64,000 nt of DNA, taken from the IMG/VR virus record IMGVR_UViG_3300031726_000003, positions 4,480-68,479 of that record; one strand, written 5' to 3'. The notes under the pieces are model-generated. The model was not told the origin of the DNA. It saw only the letters and a list, made by a program, of their open reading frames with translations, and did not search any database. This document shows positions 9,719 through 18,344 of the stretch, piece by piece. This DNA comes from a virus. The position numbers and the translations under genes are program-made. Numbering within the stretch: position 1 is the first letter of the stretch; each line of letters starts with the position of its first letter.

Positions 9719-9744
9719 CACTGTTGTCCAATCTGATGTACTCT
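9715..9744 (+). promoter_or_regulatory. Putative sigma70 promoter for the capsid operon
   Basis: Consensus TTGACA (9715-9720), 18 nt, TACTCT (9739-9744). Confidence 0.6.
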
Positions 9745-9746
9745 CT

Positions 9747-9929
9747 GACGTAACAAAGCGTCTGCCGGGTACGCAAAATACCCGGCACTTCGTATGACGG
9801 CGACGATACAGCGTCATGTAGTGCTTCGTAAGTACGCGACGACACAGCGTTCCGGCTCCACCTCCGTAAAGGTTGAACTCTCGCGCACCGCAGCGACACC
9901 GTGGTCTGAAACCTGACACAGTCTGTCAG
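9747..9929 (+). ncRNA. Structured 5' leader of the capsid gene (series of hairpins with recurring loops)
   Basis: Inverted repeats at 9763-9787, 9794-9817, 9821-9835, 9834-9850, 9860-9873, 9887-9905 and 9913-9929. Confidence 0.6.
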
Positions 9930-9965
9930 CACAAGCGTTTAACTTTTTCAACAAAGGAGAGCCAA

Positions 9966-11126
9966 ATGGCACTTACTAATTTTGCGTTGCTCACCAACGA
10001 GCAAAAGACTGTATGGTCGCTGGACTTGTGGAAACAAGCCCGTAACCTGTCGTTCATTAACAAGTTCTTGGGGCGTGATTCCAACGCTCTTATCCAACAC
10101 GTAACCGAGCTGAAGAAGACTGAAAAGGGCGCACGCGCCGTTATCACTCTGCTGACCGACGTCGAAGGCGACGGTATTGCCGGGGATCGTACTCTGGAGG
10201 GCAACGAAGAAGCTCTGAAGAGCTTCGACACCGTGATCCGTCTGGACCAACTGCGTCACGCGCATCGTCACGAAGGCCGTATGGCAGACCAAAAGTCTAT
10301 CATCAACTTCCGTGAAAACGCCCGCGACCAGTTAGCTTATTGGCTTTCTGATCGTCTGGACCAACTGGCGTTCCTGTCTCTGGCAGGCATCGCTTATTCG
10401 TTCAAGAACGCTGGCGGCACCCGCATCGGTTCTGACCTTCCGTTCCTTGAGTTTGCCGCTGACGTAGTGGCTCCTACCTCCAAGCGTTATGGCCGTTGGG
10501 ATGCTACCAACAAGCGCATGGTATGGGGCGGTGCATCCAGCACAATCTCCGGTAACCATTACTCCACTGGCGCGTATATCGCGACCAACGGCGGAGACAC
10601 TGCCGCTGACTATCCCACATGGAACATGCTCGTAGCTGCCAAGGCGTACGCCAAGGACAATTACATCCGTGGTATCCGTGAAGATGGCGGCGAAGAAACT
10701 TACCACGTGTTCCTGTCCCCACAAGCGATGTCTCGCCTGAAGATGGACACTGACTACATGGCTAACTTGCGGTACTCCTCTAGCAAGGACGTCAACAGCA
10801 AGCTGTTCAGCGGGTCTACGGTAAAGGTCGACGGTCTGTATCTGCATGAGTTCCGTCATGTGCCTAACACACGCCTTGCAGCCGGCGGGTCCAAGTATGG
10901 CGCTGGTAACATCGACGGTTGTCAGGTTTTGTTCTGCGGTGCTCAAGCATTGGGTATGGCAGACATTGGCGCACCAGAATGGGTCGAGAAGGGCTTCGAC
11001 TACGAGAACCAACAAGGTATCTCGACTGGCAAGATCATCGGCTTCAAGAAGCCGCAGTTCTACACCCAGTATTCCGGCGGCACTACCGAAGACTTCGGTG
11101 TGCTTTCTATTTACACCGCGCAATAA
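9966..11126 (+). CDS. Major capsid protein (DUF4043 / N4-gp56-like)
   Basis: MALTNFALL start with AAGGAG RBS; ELKKTEKGARAVITL, LEGNEEAL, DQLRHA and C-terminal EDFGVL motifs. Confidence 0.92.
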   Translation: MALTNFALLTNEQKTVWSLDLWKQARNLSFINKFLGRDSNALIQHVTELKKTEKGARAVITLLTDVEGDGIAGDRTLEGNEEALKSFDTVIRLDQLRHAHRHEGRMADQKSIINFRENARDQLAYWLSDRLDQLAFLSLAGIAYSFKNAGGTRIGSDLPFLEFAADVVAPTSKRYGRWDATNKRMVWGGASSTISGNHYSTGAYIATNGGDTAADYPTWNMLVAAKAYAKDNYIRGIREDGGEETYHVFLSPQAMSRLKMDTDYMANLRYSSSKDVNSKLFSGSTVKVDGLYLHEFRHVPNTRLAAGGSKYGAGNIDGCQVLFCGAQALGMADIGAPEWVEKGFDYENQQGISTGKIIGFKKPQFYTQYSGGTTEDFGVLSIYTAQ

Positions 11127-11138
11127 GGAGGCCGGATC

Positions 11139-11669
11139 ATGGCTAAGAAACTTGCTGTTCGTGGAACTCAGTACCCTGTAACTGCTGAGTTCATCTTCAA
11201 CTACAACGACTGGGTGACTGATTCAGGTTCCGGGGTGAAATACACCTTCGGCGCTGCAGTCACAAACACCGGTACCGCAACTGCTGTAGACCCCGGCACT
11301 GGTATTGTAGAACCCGGCCTGACATCCGGTACAGGGCTGACATTTGACTGTATCCCTATGCCGCTGGGCGCTTACATCACTGGAGCGGAGGTCAACGTCG
11401 AAACCGCGTACGTCGGTATCGGTGCTGGCGCCACCCTGTCTCTGGGCATCGCTGGCTCCACCACTGCGCTGGTCAACGCTGCTGACTTGGATGCTGCTGC
11501 CGCTGGTGCGAAACTCACCATCGCTACGTTCACTCCTACGCTGAGCAATTCCGGTCAGAATATCCGCCTGACTTTGGCCGGGCTGACTGCTGCTGCTTCC
11601 GCTGGTAGGGTTCGCGTACGCGTGAACTACACTATCGACGGTAAGGTCAACGAGGTGTCGGCAGTTTAA
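11139..11669 (+). CDS. Capsid decoration / minor capsid protein
   Basis: Beta-rich Ala/Gly/Thr protein right after the capsid gene, strong RBS, upstream of the terminator. Confidence 0.7.
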   Translation: MAKKLAVRGTQYPVTAEFIFNYNDWVTDSGSGVKYTFGAAVTNTGTATAVDPGTGIVEPGLTSGTGLTFDCIPMPLGAYITGAEVNVETAYVGIGAGATLSLGIAGSTTALVNAADLDAAAAGAKLTIATFTPTLSNSGQNIRLTLAGLTAAASAGRVRVRVNYTIDGKVNEVSAV

Positions 11670-11684
11670 GAAGTGATAAGGGCT

Positions 11685-11711
11685 AGGGGGGCATATCGCC
11701 CCCCTTTTTTT
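11685..11711 (+). terminator. Rho-independent terminator
   Basis: GGGGGGC-ATATC-GCCCCCC followed by a T7 run. Confidence 0.88.
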
Positions 11712-11728
11712 AAGTAGAGGAGATAAAC

Positions 11729-12115
11729 GTGCCAGATTATGTGCTGCACCGCGACCATACACTTCAGACTCTAGCCGGACGTAGCATCGCGTTCAGAAAG
11801 GGTGCTCCAACATGGGTTCCGCCAGAGTGCGAGAAAGACGCGATTCATATCGGAGCAGTGCCTGTAGAGGGCGAAGTAAAATTTCTCGAAGATGAGCAAG
11901 ATGTACCAGTTGAGCTGAGCATGCAGGAGCGCACAGCCAAACTGAATGATTCGTTCGCCGCTATGGAGGCTCGCAACGGTGTAGAAGAGTTCCGCAACGA
12001 CTTCACGGCGCAGGGTGTCCCGAACCTGAAGGTGCTGTCTGCACTCACCGGATTCGAGGTGCTTGGCAAAGAGCGTGATGAGGCGTGGAAGCAGTATAGA
12101 CTTGGTAATGCGTGA
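11729..12115 (+). CDS. Hypothetical head-associated protein
   Basis: 128-aa ORF, GTG start with GGAG RBS. Confidence 0.7.
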   Translation: MPDYVLHRDHTLQTLAGRSIAFRKGAPTWVPPECEKDAIHIGAVPVEGEVKFLEDEQDVPVELSMQERTAKLNDSFAAMEARNGVEEFRNDFTAQGVPNLKVLSALTGFEVLGKERDEAWKQYRLGNA

Positions 12116-12801
12116 TGCTATCCGGTGATCTGTACGACTATTTCAAGTCAGACGTCGTAGACTTAGAAGACCCCCCTCTGTGGACTGAAGCAGAGACGTT
12201 CCTCTACATGAACGACGCCTACCGGATGTTCGTCAGGCTCACCGGGGGTATCCCCGACTCCACTTCGCTATTGACACAGGTCCCTATTCAATCGGGGACT
12301 GCGTTCGCTGACGTTGACCCGCGAATCCTGCGGTTCCGACTGGCCTACAAAGTATCCAACGGCGAAGAGCTTGTCATCGTCAACCAAGAGGAGCTACACA
12401 ATCTGACCCGCTCGGACTATGGTGTGGTACGCCCGCTCGTAATAGACAATTCCGCTGGGGCAGTGCAATACATGGTGGTAGGGCAAGAGCGCAATATGGT
12501 TCGATGGGTGCAGATTCCCGTTGTAGATGATACAGCGCAGATTTCGGTGTACCGGCTCCCACTCGATACCATCGATGAAGGTGACATGGGGTTCGCGTTC
12601 CCTGAGATCGGGGAAGAACACCACGAGCATCTATCGCTATGGATGAAACATAGGGCGTATAGTAAACAAGACGCCGAGACGTTCGATAGAGGGCGCGCTG
12701 CTGACAACAAGAAACAGTTTGAGGACTATTGCGCTGCGTCGAAGGCCGAATGGGAGCGGTACAAGCACAAGACACGTGTCGTTAGCTACGGCGGACTCTG
12801 A
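12112..12801 (+). CDS. Head-tail adaptor / head completion protein
   Basis: LWTEAETFLYMNDA N-terminus and HRAYSKQDAET C-terminus typical of podophage adaptors; gene position. Confidence 0.7.
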   Translation: MMLSGDLYDYFKSDVVDLEDPPLWTEAETFLYMNDAYRMFVRLTGGIPDSTSLLTQVPIQSGTAFADVDPRILRFRLAYKVSNGEELVIVNQEELHNLTRSDYGVVRPLVIDNSAGAVQYMVVGQERNMVRWVQIPVVDDTAQISVYRLPLDTIDEGDMGFAFPEIGEEHHEHLSLWMKHRAYSKQDAETFDRGRAADNKKQFEDYCAASKAEWERYKHKTRVVSYGGL

Positions 12802-13253
12802 TGACCGATGAAAACTTCAACCGCAGGCTATCGGACGCGCAGGCAAGCGGAGCTGTAGCAGCATTACAGGCCGAGATACGATTGATGACCGGCGGGGTCA
12901 GCAAGCTGACCGACGAGGTTAGGGAGAATTCTAGGCAGTTAGCAAGATTATCCGTACTGGAGGCCAGTCACCAGACACACGAGGCCGCGCTGGGACGGGC
13001 GTTCCGGGACATCAACCGGGTAGAAGGCGAAGCAAAATTGCACGAAGAGAATCAAGTCAAGGCGAACAACCGATACGATAGAATAATCTCGTTCATGTTC
13101 GGCGCGAGCGTAGCAATATCGATAGTGTGGTCTATAGTAGGGTATCGAATAAACGAGAATATAGACTCCGTGATGAAGACAGCGGCGGACATGCGGGTGC
13201 ACATGCAGGAATCAGATGGGCATACGCACGCCCGCGCTGCGGGCGGCGGATGA
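12801..13253 (+). CDS. Coiled-coil protein with one TM helix (holin/antiholin-like)
   Basis: Hydrophobic segment IISFMFGASVAISIVWSIVGY; start of lysis region. Confidence 0.55.
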   Translation: MTDENFNRRLSDAQASGAVAALQAEIRLMTGGVSKLTDEVRENSRQLARLSVLEASHQTHEAALGRAFRDINRVEGEAKLHEENQVKANNRYDRIISFMFGASVAISIVWSIVGYRINENIDSVMKTAADMRVHMQESDGHTHARAAGGG

Positions 13254-13429
13254 AGCACGATATAACAGAGCAGATCGGGCACTGTACCGCGTGTCACGGA
13301 TATTTTGTACTGGGGGTCGAAGGTGACGGTGATCAGTGCGACAGGTGCCGAGACGCTGAGGAGCCGGACCACTCCCTCGGCGCGGAGTGGGACCACTTGA
13401 GCGACAGTCCAGAAGTAAGGAGCGGGTAA
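13250..13429 (+). CDS. Small Zn-finger-like protein
   Basis: CTAC...CDRC; ATGA overlap with the upstream stop. Confidence 0.5.
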   Translation: MKHDITEQIGHCTACHGYFVLGVEGDGDQCDRCRDAEEPDHSLGAEWDHLSDSPEVRSG

Positions 13430-13431
13430 TA

Positions 13432-13869
13432 ATGACACAGTTGAGCTTGCATTTCACGCTGGAAGAACTTACGTTCTCACAAGAGGCCGTCAGGAAAGGT
13501 ATAGACAACACCCCCACCCCCGCCGCAGCAGAACGTCTAGAATATCTAGCCGCCGGCTTGGAACACATACGAAAGGTGCTCGGCCTACCGATGCACGTGA
13601 GTTCAGCCTACCGATGCCCCGCACTTAACTCGCTTATCGGCGGGTCTCCCACCTCAGCACACATGGACGGCGACGCCGCAGACTTCGAGTGCCTGCTTGA
13701 CCCCCGCACGGTGTGCGCGATGATAATGACCTCCGACGTAAGATTCGACCAATTGATAATGGAGGGCACATGGACACATGTCAGCTTCAGCCCACGCATG
13801 CGGCACGAGGTGCTGACCGCCGTGTTCAAGAACGGCGTGGCGGCGTACTATACAGGGCTATCAAAATGA
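13432..13869 (+). CDS. Endolysin, peptidase M15A family
   Basis: HFTLEEL, SSAYRCPALN, SAHMDGDAADF, WTHVSF motifs. Confidence 0.92.
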   Translation: MTQLSLHFTLEELTFSQEAVRKGIDNTPTPAAAERLEYLAAGLEHIRKVLGLPMHVSSAYRCPALNSLIGGSPTSAHMDGDAADFECLLDPRTVCAMIMTSDVRFDQLIMEGTWTHVSFSPRMRHEVLTAVFKNGVAAYYTGLSK

Positions 13870-14045
13870 GTTACACAACTGTAGGAGGGAGACGATTTCT
13901 CCTTACCTGTTTGACTGTGGCAGTATCATGCGTGTTGGTGTGGTACGGCAGAATCACACCTGATGCGTGGGCGATGGTCCAGTTGGGCACCGTAGTTGCA
14001 TACATCACAGGAGCCTCGTACGAAGCATTGAAAGCCCAGAAGTGA
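13866..14045 (+). CDS. Putative holin (2 TM)
   Basis: MSYTTVGGRRFLLTCLTVAVSCVLVWYG...; overlaps the endolysin stop. Confidence 0.6.
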   Translation: MSYTTVGGRRFLLTCLTVAVSCVLVWYGRITPDAWAMVQLGTVVAYITGASYEALKAQK

Positions 14046-14275
14046 GCGTGCTCATACATGTAGAGGACACCGGGCGGATACAGGTCTGCCGGCTAGACTC
14101 AACGGATGTCGAGTATCTCATGGTGAAGCGCAAGGACGGGTGCACACACTGCTACGAGATTCTGGAGTTCGAGCGTATAGCGAATAACGACGACCTCATG
14201 GCCCTACAGCACGAAGTCGTCGCGCTGAAACAGATGTTGGATGCATATAGAAGGATTCAACATGGCAGTGAATGA
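14042..14275 (+). CDS. Hypothetical protein
   Basis: GTG start overlapping the previous stop; start uncertain. Confidence 0.4.
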   Translation: MSVLIHVEDTGRIQVCRLDSTDVEYLMVKRKDGCTHCYEILEFERIANNDDLMALQHEVVALKQMLDAYRRIQHGSE

Positions 14276-14432
14276 CGTTCTGTTGCTGTTCATAATGGCA
14301 TTTGTCATCGGGATAGCAGCGGGGCTGACAGCGTGGGTCGTGCGGGGGATGCGGACCGATATCGATTACCTGAAGCATGAGATCAGGGTACTGCGGACAC
14401 TTGTGGAAGACTACATGATAGGGAAAAAGTAA
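14262..14432 (+). CDS. Small membrane protein
   Basis: One hydrophobic helix followed by a short coiled coil. Confidence 0.55.
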   Translation: MAVNDVLLLFIMAFVIGIAAGLTAWVVRGMRTDIDYLKHEIRVLRTLVEDYMIGKK

Positions 14433-14809
14433 TGTGGACACTGTTATGGGGGTTACGAAGTCAGATTGGCCTTGGCCTGATCGTATTGGCAGTCCTTGGG
14501 TACATCGCGGTACTGAAGAGCGACATAAGCACTCTGACCAAAACGGTGGTAACACTAAATGCTCAGCTTGCAGAAGCCAGTGTAAGCCTGTCGATGGAGA
14601 AGGCGACGAGTGCTCGATTACAAGGAGTATTAGAGAAACTTTCCGAAGAGGGCAAACGCAGGACAGCGAATGCTGCGATGTGGAAGGGCAAATTCGAAAG
14701 CAGCGAGAAGCAGTGGCAAGGGGTGGTTGGTGGCCTGACTGCCTTTCGCCCGAACCCAAAGGAGACCGATTGTGACGCGGCTATTCGGCTATTGCATACT
14801 GCTCATTAG
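14432..14809 (+). CDS. Inner-membrane spanin (Rz-like)
   Basis: N-terminal TM, periplasmic coiled coil, C-terminal Cys; overlaps a lipoprotein gene. Confidence 0.8.
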   Translation: MWTLLWGLRSQIGLGLIVLAVLGYIAVLKSDISTLTKTVVTLNAQLAEASVSLSMEKATSARLQGVLEKLSEEGKRRTANAAMWKGKFESSEKQWQGVVGGLTAFRPNPKETDCDAAIRLLHTAH

Positions 14810-15035
14810 TCTGGCAGGATGTGGACATAACCCCTTCAAGCAGGAGGTGTCCTATGTCGAGATACCTACTCCGACGTCGTGTGTTACGTGGGAGCCTAGT
14901 CGCGAGGTTTCGGAGTTCGAGAAGACGACTGGTGATGGATCGTTATGGGAACAAGTAAAGGCGTTGCTGGTTGATCGTGCCAACGACCAGCGATTTATCG
15001 AAGGGCAAGCCTCTGTCATCAGCGGCTGCAAATAA
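14772..15035 (+). CDS. Outer-membrane spanin (Rz1-like lipoprotein)
   Basis: Signal peptide with LAGC lipobox; overlaps the Rz-like gene in another frame. Confidence 0.8.
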   Translation: MTRLFGYCILLISLAGCGHNPFKQEVSYVEIPTPTSCVTWEPSREVSEFEKTTGDGSLWEQVKALLVDRANDQRFIEGQASVISGCK

Positions 15036-15046
15036 GGAGCGACATC

Positions 15047-15466
15047 ATGGCAAATGCAATCTACCCGAAGTATAAAGAAGCACTGCTGACCGCCGGGGCA
15101 AGTTCAGCCTTGAACGGGTCCGGCACCACCGGTGTTTACGCCGTCCTGTACGATACAGGCGTACGTGCGTATACATCGACGGATCAGTTCTACACCGACT
15201 GCTCGTCCGCGTTCGTAGGGACTCCGGTTGAGATCGGTGCAACGAAGGCGTATACCAACGGCGTGTTCGACGGAGCCGATGTGACATGGACAGCCGTCTC
15301 TGGGGCGTCGTGCGAAGCTATTGTGATCTATGTCCAGAATGCCGGGGCTAATACCACATGGCGCTTGGTAGCGTTCTTGGACTCCAATGTAACTAACCTG
15401 CCAGTTACACCTAACGGCGGCAATATCACCGTTACTTGGAACGCATCTGGGGTGTTCTCACTGTAA
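15047..15466 (+). CDS. Small beta-sandwich virion/fibre subunit
   Basis: MANAIYPKYKEALL...TPNGGNITVTW; strong RBS. Confidence 0.75.
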   Translation: MANAIYPKYKEALLTAGASSALNGSGTTGVYAVLYDTGVRAYTSTDQFYTDCSSAFVGTPVEIGATKAYTNGVFDGADVTWTAVSGASCEAIVIYVQNAGANTTWRLVAFLDSNVTNLPVTPNGGNITVTWNASGVFSL

Positions 15467-15822
15467 TGCCTAGATACGCGGACAGGGTGAAAGAGACCAC
15501 GGCAACGACTGGCACGGGGACGATTACATTCAGCGGCGCGTCTACTGGGTTTCAGACGTTCGCGAGCGGTTTCCCATCCGGTATACGTCCGTGTTCTATA
15601 GGGTACGCTATCGAGGATGGTTCAGCGTGGGAGGTAGGCAGGGGAACGCTTAACTCCTCCGGCACGACACTGACACGCGATATCATCCGCGCGTCGTCCA
15701 CCGGATCGGTGCTGTCTCTATCCGGGTCTGCCGTGGTATTTTGTACGCCGGCAGCGGAGATGATAGACAACGCAAACATAGGGCAAGTGATGGCGCAAGC
15801 AACAGGCCAAGCGATGCCGTAA
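15466..15822 (+). CDS. Fibre adaptor protein (ADRVxETT N-terminal domain)
   Basis: Similar to the N-terminus of 42202-43641. Confidence 0.7.
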   Translation: MPRYADRVKETTATTGTGTITFSGASTGFQTFASGFPSGIRPCSIGYAIEDGSAWEVGRGTLNSSGTTLTRDIIRASSTGSVLSLSGSAVVFCTPAAEMIDNANIGQVMAQATGQAMP

Positions 15823-15832
15823 GGAGAGTATC

Positions 15833-16282
15833 ATGGCTGGAAATAACGACCCAATCTATAGCAAGGTTGGCAGCATCACGTCAGTAGCCGTAACCGCTGC
15901 CAACACATCATCCCAAGGTGGCGGAACTATCGGAACCGACATCTTCTTGGCCTTTACGGCAGACGCGACCAATGGGTCATTCGTACGTGATGTGCGTATG
16001 CTCCCGACATCTACGGCAGCAGCTACGAATACCACAGCCACCGTGGCACGGGTGTTCCTGTCTACAGTGTCGTCTGGGGCCACCACATCGAGCAACACCC
16101 ATCTGATTGGAGAGCTGGCACTAGCGGCTCAATCGGCGGATAACACCACCTCCGCCGTGTACCCGGTAGTGTTACCACTCAACTTCGCACTTCCGCCGGG
16201 CATGACGATCCTTGTTACCAACCACGCCGCTCCGGCAACAAACACGCTGTGGAAAATAACTGTCACAGGGGGTAGTTACTAA
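15833..16282 (+). CDS. Virion structural protein (fibre cluster)
   Basis: Thr/Ala-rich beta protein; AGGAG RBS. Confidence 0.7.
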   Translation: MAGNNDPIYSKVGSITSVAVTAANTSSQGGGTIGTDIFLAFTADATNGSFVRDVRMLPTSTAAATNTTATVARVFLSTVSSGATTSSNTHLIGELALAAQSADNTTSAVYPVVLPLNFALPPGMTILVTNHAAPATNTLWKITVTGGSY

Positions 16283-16449
16283 TGCTCCGGGCACAGATCA
16301 ACTTCCTGTCTACGATCACCGGCACTGGGTGGATGTATATAGACGCCGTTAGCCGCGAGGTGGTCAAGGTCACTGACCCCGACGGAGTCGAGGTGTCCAG
16401 CGAAGTTCCGTACTCCTACGAATGCGTGGGTGAATGGGAAGATGCTTGA
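16282..16449 (+). CDS. Small protein (55 aa, below the ORF track cut-off)
   Basis: MLRAQINFLSTITGTGWMYID...GEWEDA*; TAATG coupling upstream and overlap with the next start. Confidence 0.6.
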   Translation: MLRAQINFLSTITGTGWMYIDAVSREVVKVTDPDGVEVSSEVPYSYECVGEWEDA

Positions 16450-17377
16450 TCTATACCACACGCCGTCGTCGTTATTAGCTGACCGTCAGATATTCTACGG
16501 CGTTGTAGCCTCTCAGGCTCAACCGGTGCCGTGGTTCAAACCGCGCGGAAAATCATTCCTCCGCATTCTCTGCTTGGGCGGGGGAGGTGGAGGTGGTTCC
16601 GGATTTGTCGGTGCTGCGTCTGCTGCTGGAGGGGGTGGAGGGGGAGGAGGCGGAGCGCAATGTACTGTGACCTTACCGCTGGTCCTAGTCCCCGATGTCC
16701 TGTTCATAACCCCCGGAAAAGGGGGAGCGCCAAGTACTGCCGGCGGCGCGTCTGCAGTAAGTATGTCATATGTTACCGGGGTAAATAGCTGCTATATAGC
16801 CTTCGCTAACGGAGGGGGGCAAGGGTCGGACGCAAGCGCAGTCGGGGCCGCCGGCGTTGGAGCTGCGGGCACGGTGACTGGCATATCATTAGCGTCCGGG
16901 GTTTTGATGGGAGGGCTGCTTCTTACTAACGTGAGCACACTCGGCTCAAACGGGGGGGCCGGGGGCGCGGCCACGACGGGAGCAGCAGGAGCAGCTGCGA
17001 CGTATGGGAACAGCGGGGGTCTCGGATGCGGCGGCGGAGGTGGGGGGGCTATAGGGACTACCGCGAATGGTGGGGCCGGGGGGAACGGATCATCATATGG
17101 AACGAACGGTTTCCCCGGTATAGCTATCGGCGGGGTAGCATCTGCCGGAGCCGGAGGCAGTGGAGGGGGAGGAGTGAGTTTCCCTATGGGCTTTCTATTC
17201 GGCACCGGGGGAGCGGGCGGAGCTGGATCGGCGTTTAACTCCGCTACGAGCGGGGGGGACGGGGGCAACGGGGGTATAGGTAGCGGCGGCGGCGGCGGCG
17301 GGGCATGTTTGACCGGCGGCGTCGCTGGTAGGGCCGGAAACGGCGGCCCCGGCGTAGTAGTGATGATATGTTGGTGA
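16442..17377 (+). CDS. Glycine-rich adhesin/fibre protein, paralogue 1
   Basis: WFKPRGK motif, poly-Gly blocks, C-terminal GGPGVVVMICW. Confidence 0.8.
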   Translation: MLDLYHTPSSLLADRQIFYGVVASQAQPVPWFKPRGKSFLRILCLGGGGGGGSGFVGAASAAGGGGGGGGGAQCTVTLPLVLVPDVLFITPGKGGAPSTAGGASAVSMSYVTGVNSCYIAFANGGGQGSDASAVGAAGVGAAGTVTGISLASGVLMGGLLLTNVSTLGSNGGAGGAATTGAAGAAATYGNSGGLGCGGGGGGAIGTTANGGAGGNGSSYGTNGFPGIAIGGVASAGAGGSGGGGVSFPMGFLFGTGGAGGAGSAFNSATSGGDGGNGGIGSGGGGGGACLTGGVAGRAGNGGPGVVVMICW

Positions 17378-17381
17378 CAAT

Positions 17382-18332
17382 ATGCTAGACATGTTTCATA
17401 CCGCGAATGACGGGAACACACAGGTGTTTGTGGGAAGAGTATGTACCGCTTCTGCCCCGGTGATATGGACGCCTTGGTTCAAGCCTAGAGGGAAGTCCAT
17501 GATGCACATCCTTCTTATCAGCGGAGGAGCAGGGGGAGGGGCAGGGCGGGTAGGATCAGCATCTGCGTCTGGAGGCGGCGGCGGAGGAGGCTGCGGGCCA
17601 ATCTACACCGCACTATATCCGCTGTCGGATGTGCCGGATGTACTATTCGTGAGCGCCGGGGACGGAGGGCTGGGGGCGACTACATCAGGCGGGATAGGAA
17701 ATGCTGGCTCGATGTCGTTCGTAGCTTCGGGGGCAAATAGCAATACCGGATTTGTTATAACGTCTACGTCAGCCGGGGCGGCGGGGCAAGGGGGTTCGGC
17801 CGCTAGTTCCGCTGCGGGGGGAACGGCGGCTTCAGCGTACGCCGTTGGGACGGGGTGGGGAGGTCTGACAGGGATATTAGGGGTAGCAACCAGCAGCACG
17901 GTTGGGCAGGCAGGAGGGTCCGGGGGCACGGCTACCACGGCGGCGGCAGGATCGGCTATCGCTACCCCTACCACCGGGCTGCTACTTACGGGAGGAGCGG
18001 GGGGCGGAGCGATAGGCACAACCGCGAACGGAGGGGCAGGAGGGGCCGTGGGGGCGCTGTGTACTATACCGGGAATCCCCGGAGGTCTGGCGTCTGCAGG
18101 AGCAGGCGGGAACGGTAACGCCGGATATAAGTGGCCGGGGTTCGGCCCATTCCTCAATACAGGAGGTTCTGGCGGAGCAGGCTCAGCGTTTAACTCGGCA
18201 ACTGCTGGAGGCTTCGGCGGGGACGGCGGGTATGGGTGCGGCGGCGGCGGGGGCGGAGCATGCCTCACTGGCGGGGTAGTCGGGCGCGGCGGAAACGGCG
18301 GCCCCGGAATTGTGATAATCACGTGCTGGTAA
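17382..18332 (+). CDS. Glycine-rich adhesin/fibre protein, paralogue 2
   Basis: Same motif order as paralogue 1. Confidence 0.8.
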   Translation: MLDMFHTANDGNTQVFVGRVCTASAPVIWTPWFKPRGKSMMHILLISGGAGGGAGRVGSASASGGGGGGGCGPIYTALYPLSDVPDVLFVSAGDGGLGATTSGGIGNAGSMSFVASGANSNTGFVITSTSAGAAGQGGSAASSAAGGTAASAYAVGTGWGGLTGILGVATSSTVGQAGGSGGTATTAAAGSAIATPTTGLLLTGGAGGGAIGTTANGGAGGAVGALCTIPGIPGGLASAGAGGNGNAGYKWPGFGPFLNTGGSGGAGSAFNSATAGGFGGDGGYGCGGGGGGACLTGGVVGRGGNGGPGIVIITCW

Positions 18333-18344
18333 CTAGGGTCCATC

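Noticed and set aside
9763-9787. c-di-GMP-I riboswitch, suggested by an ACGCAAA segment
   Set aside because: The upstream GGCAAAC and GNRA-capped stem context is missing; the segment sits in a simple hairpin loop
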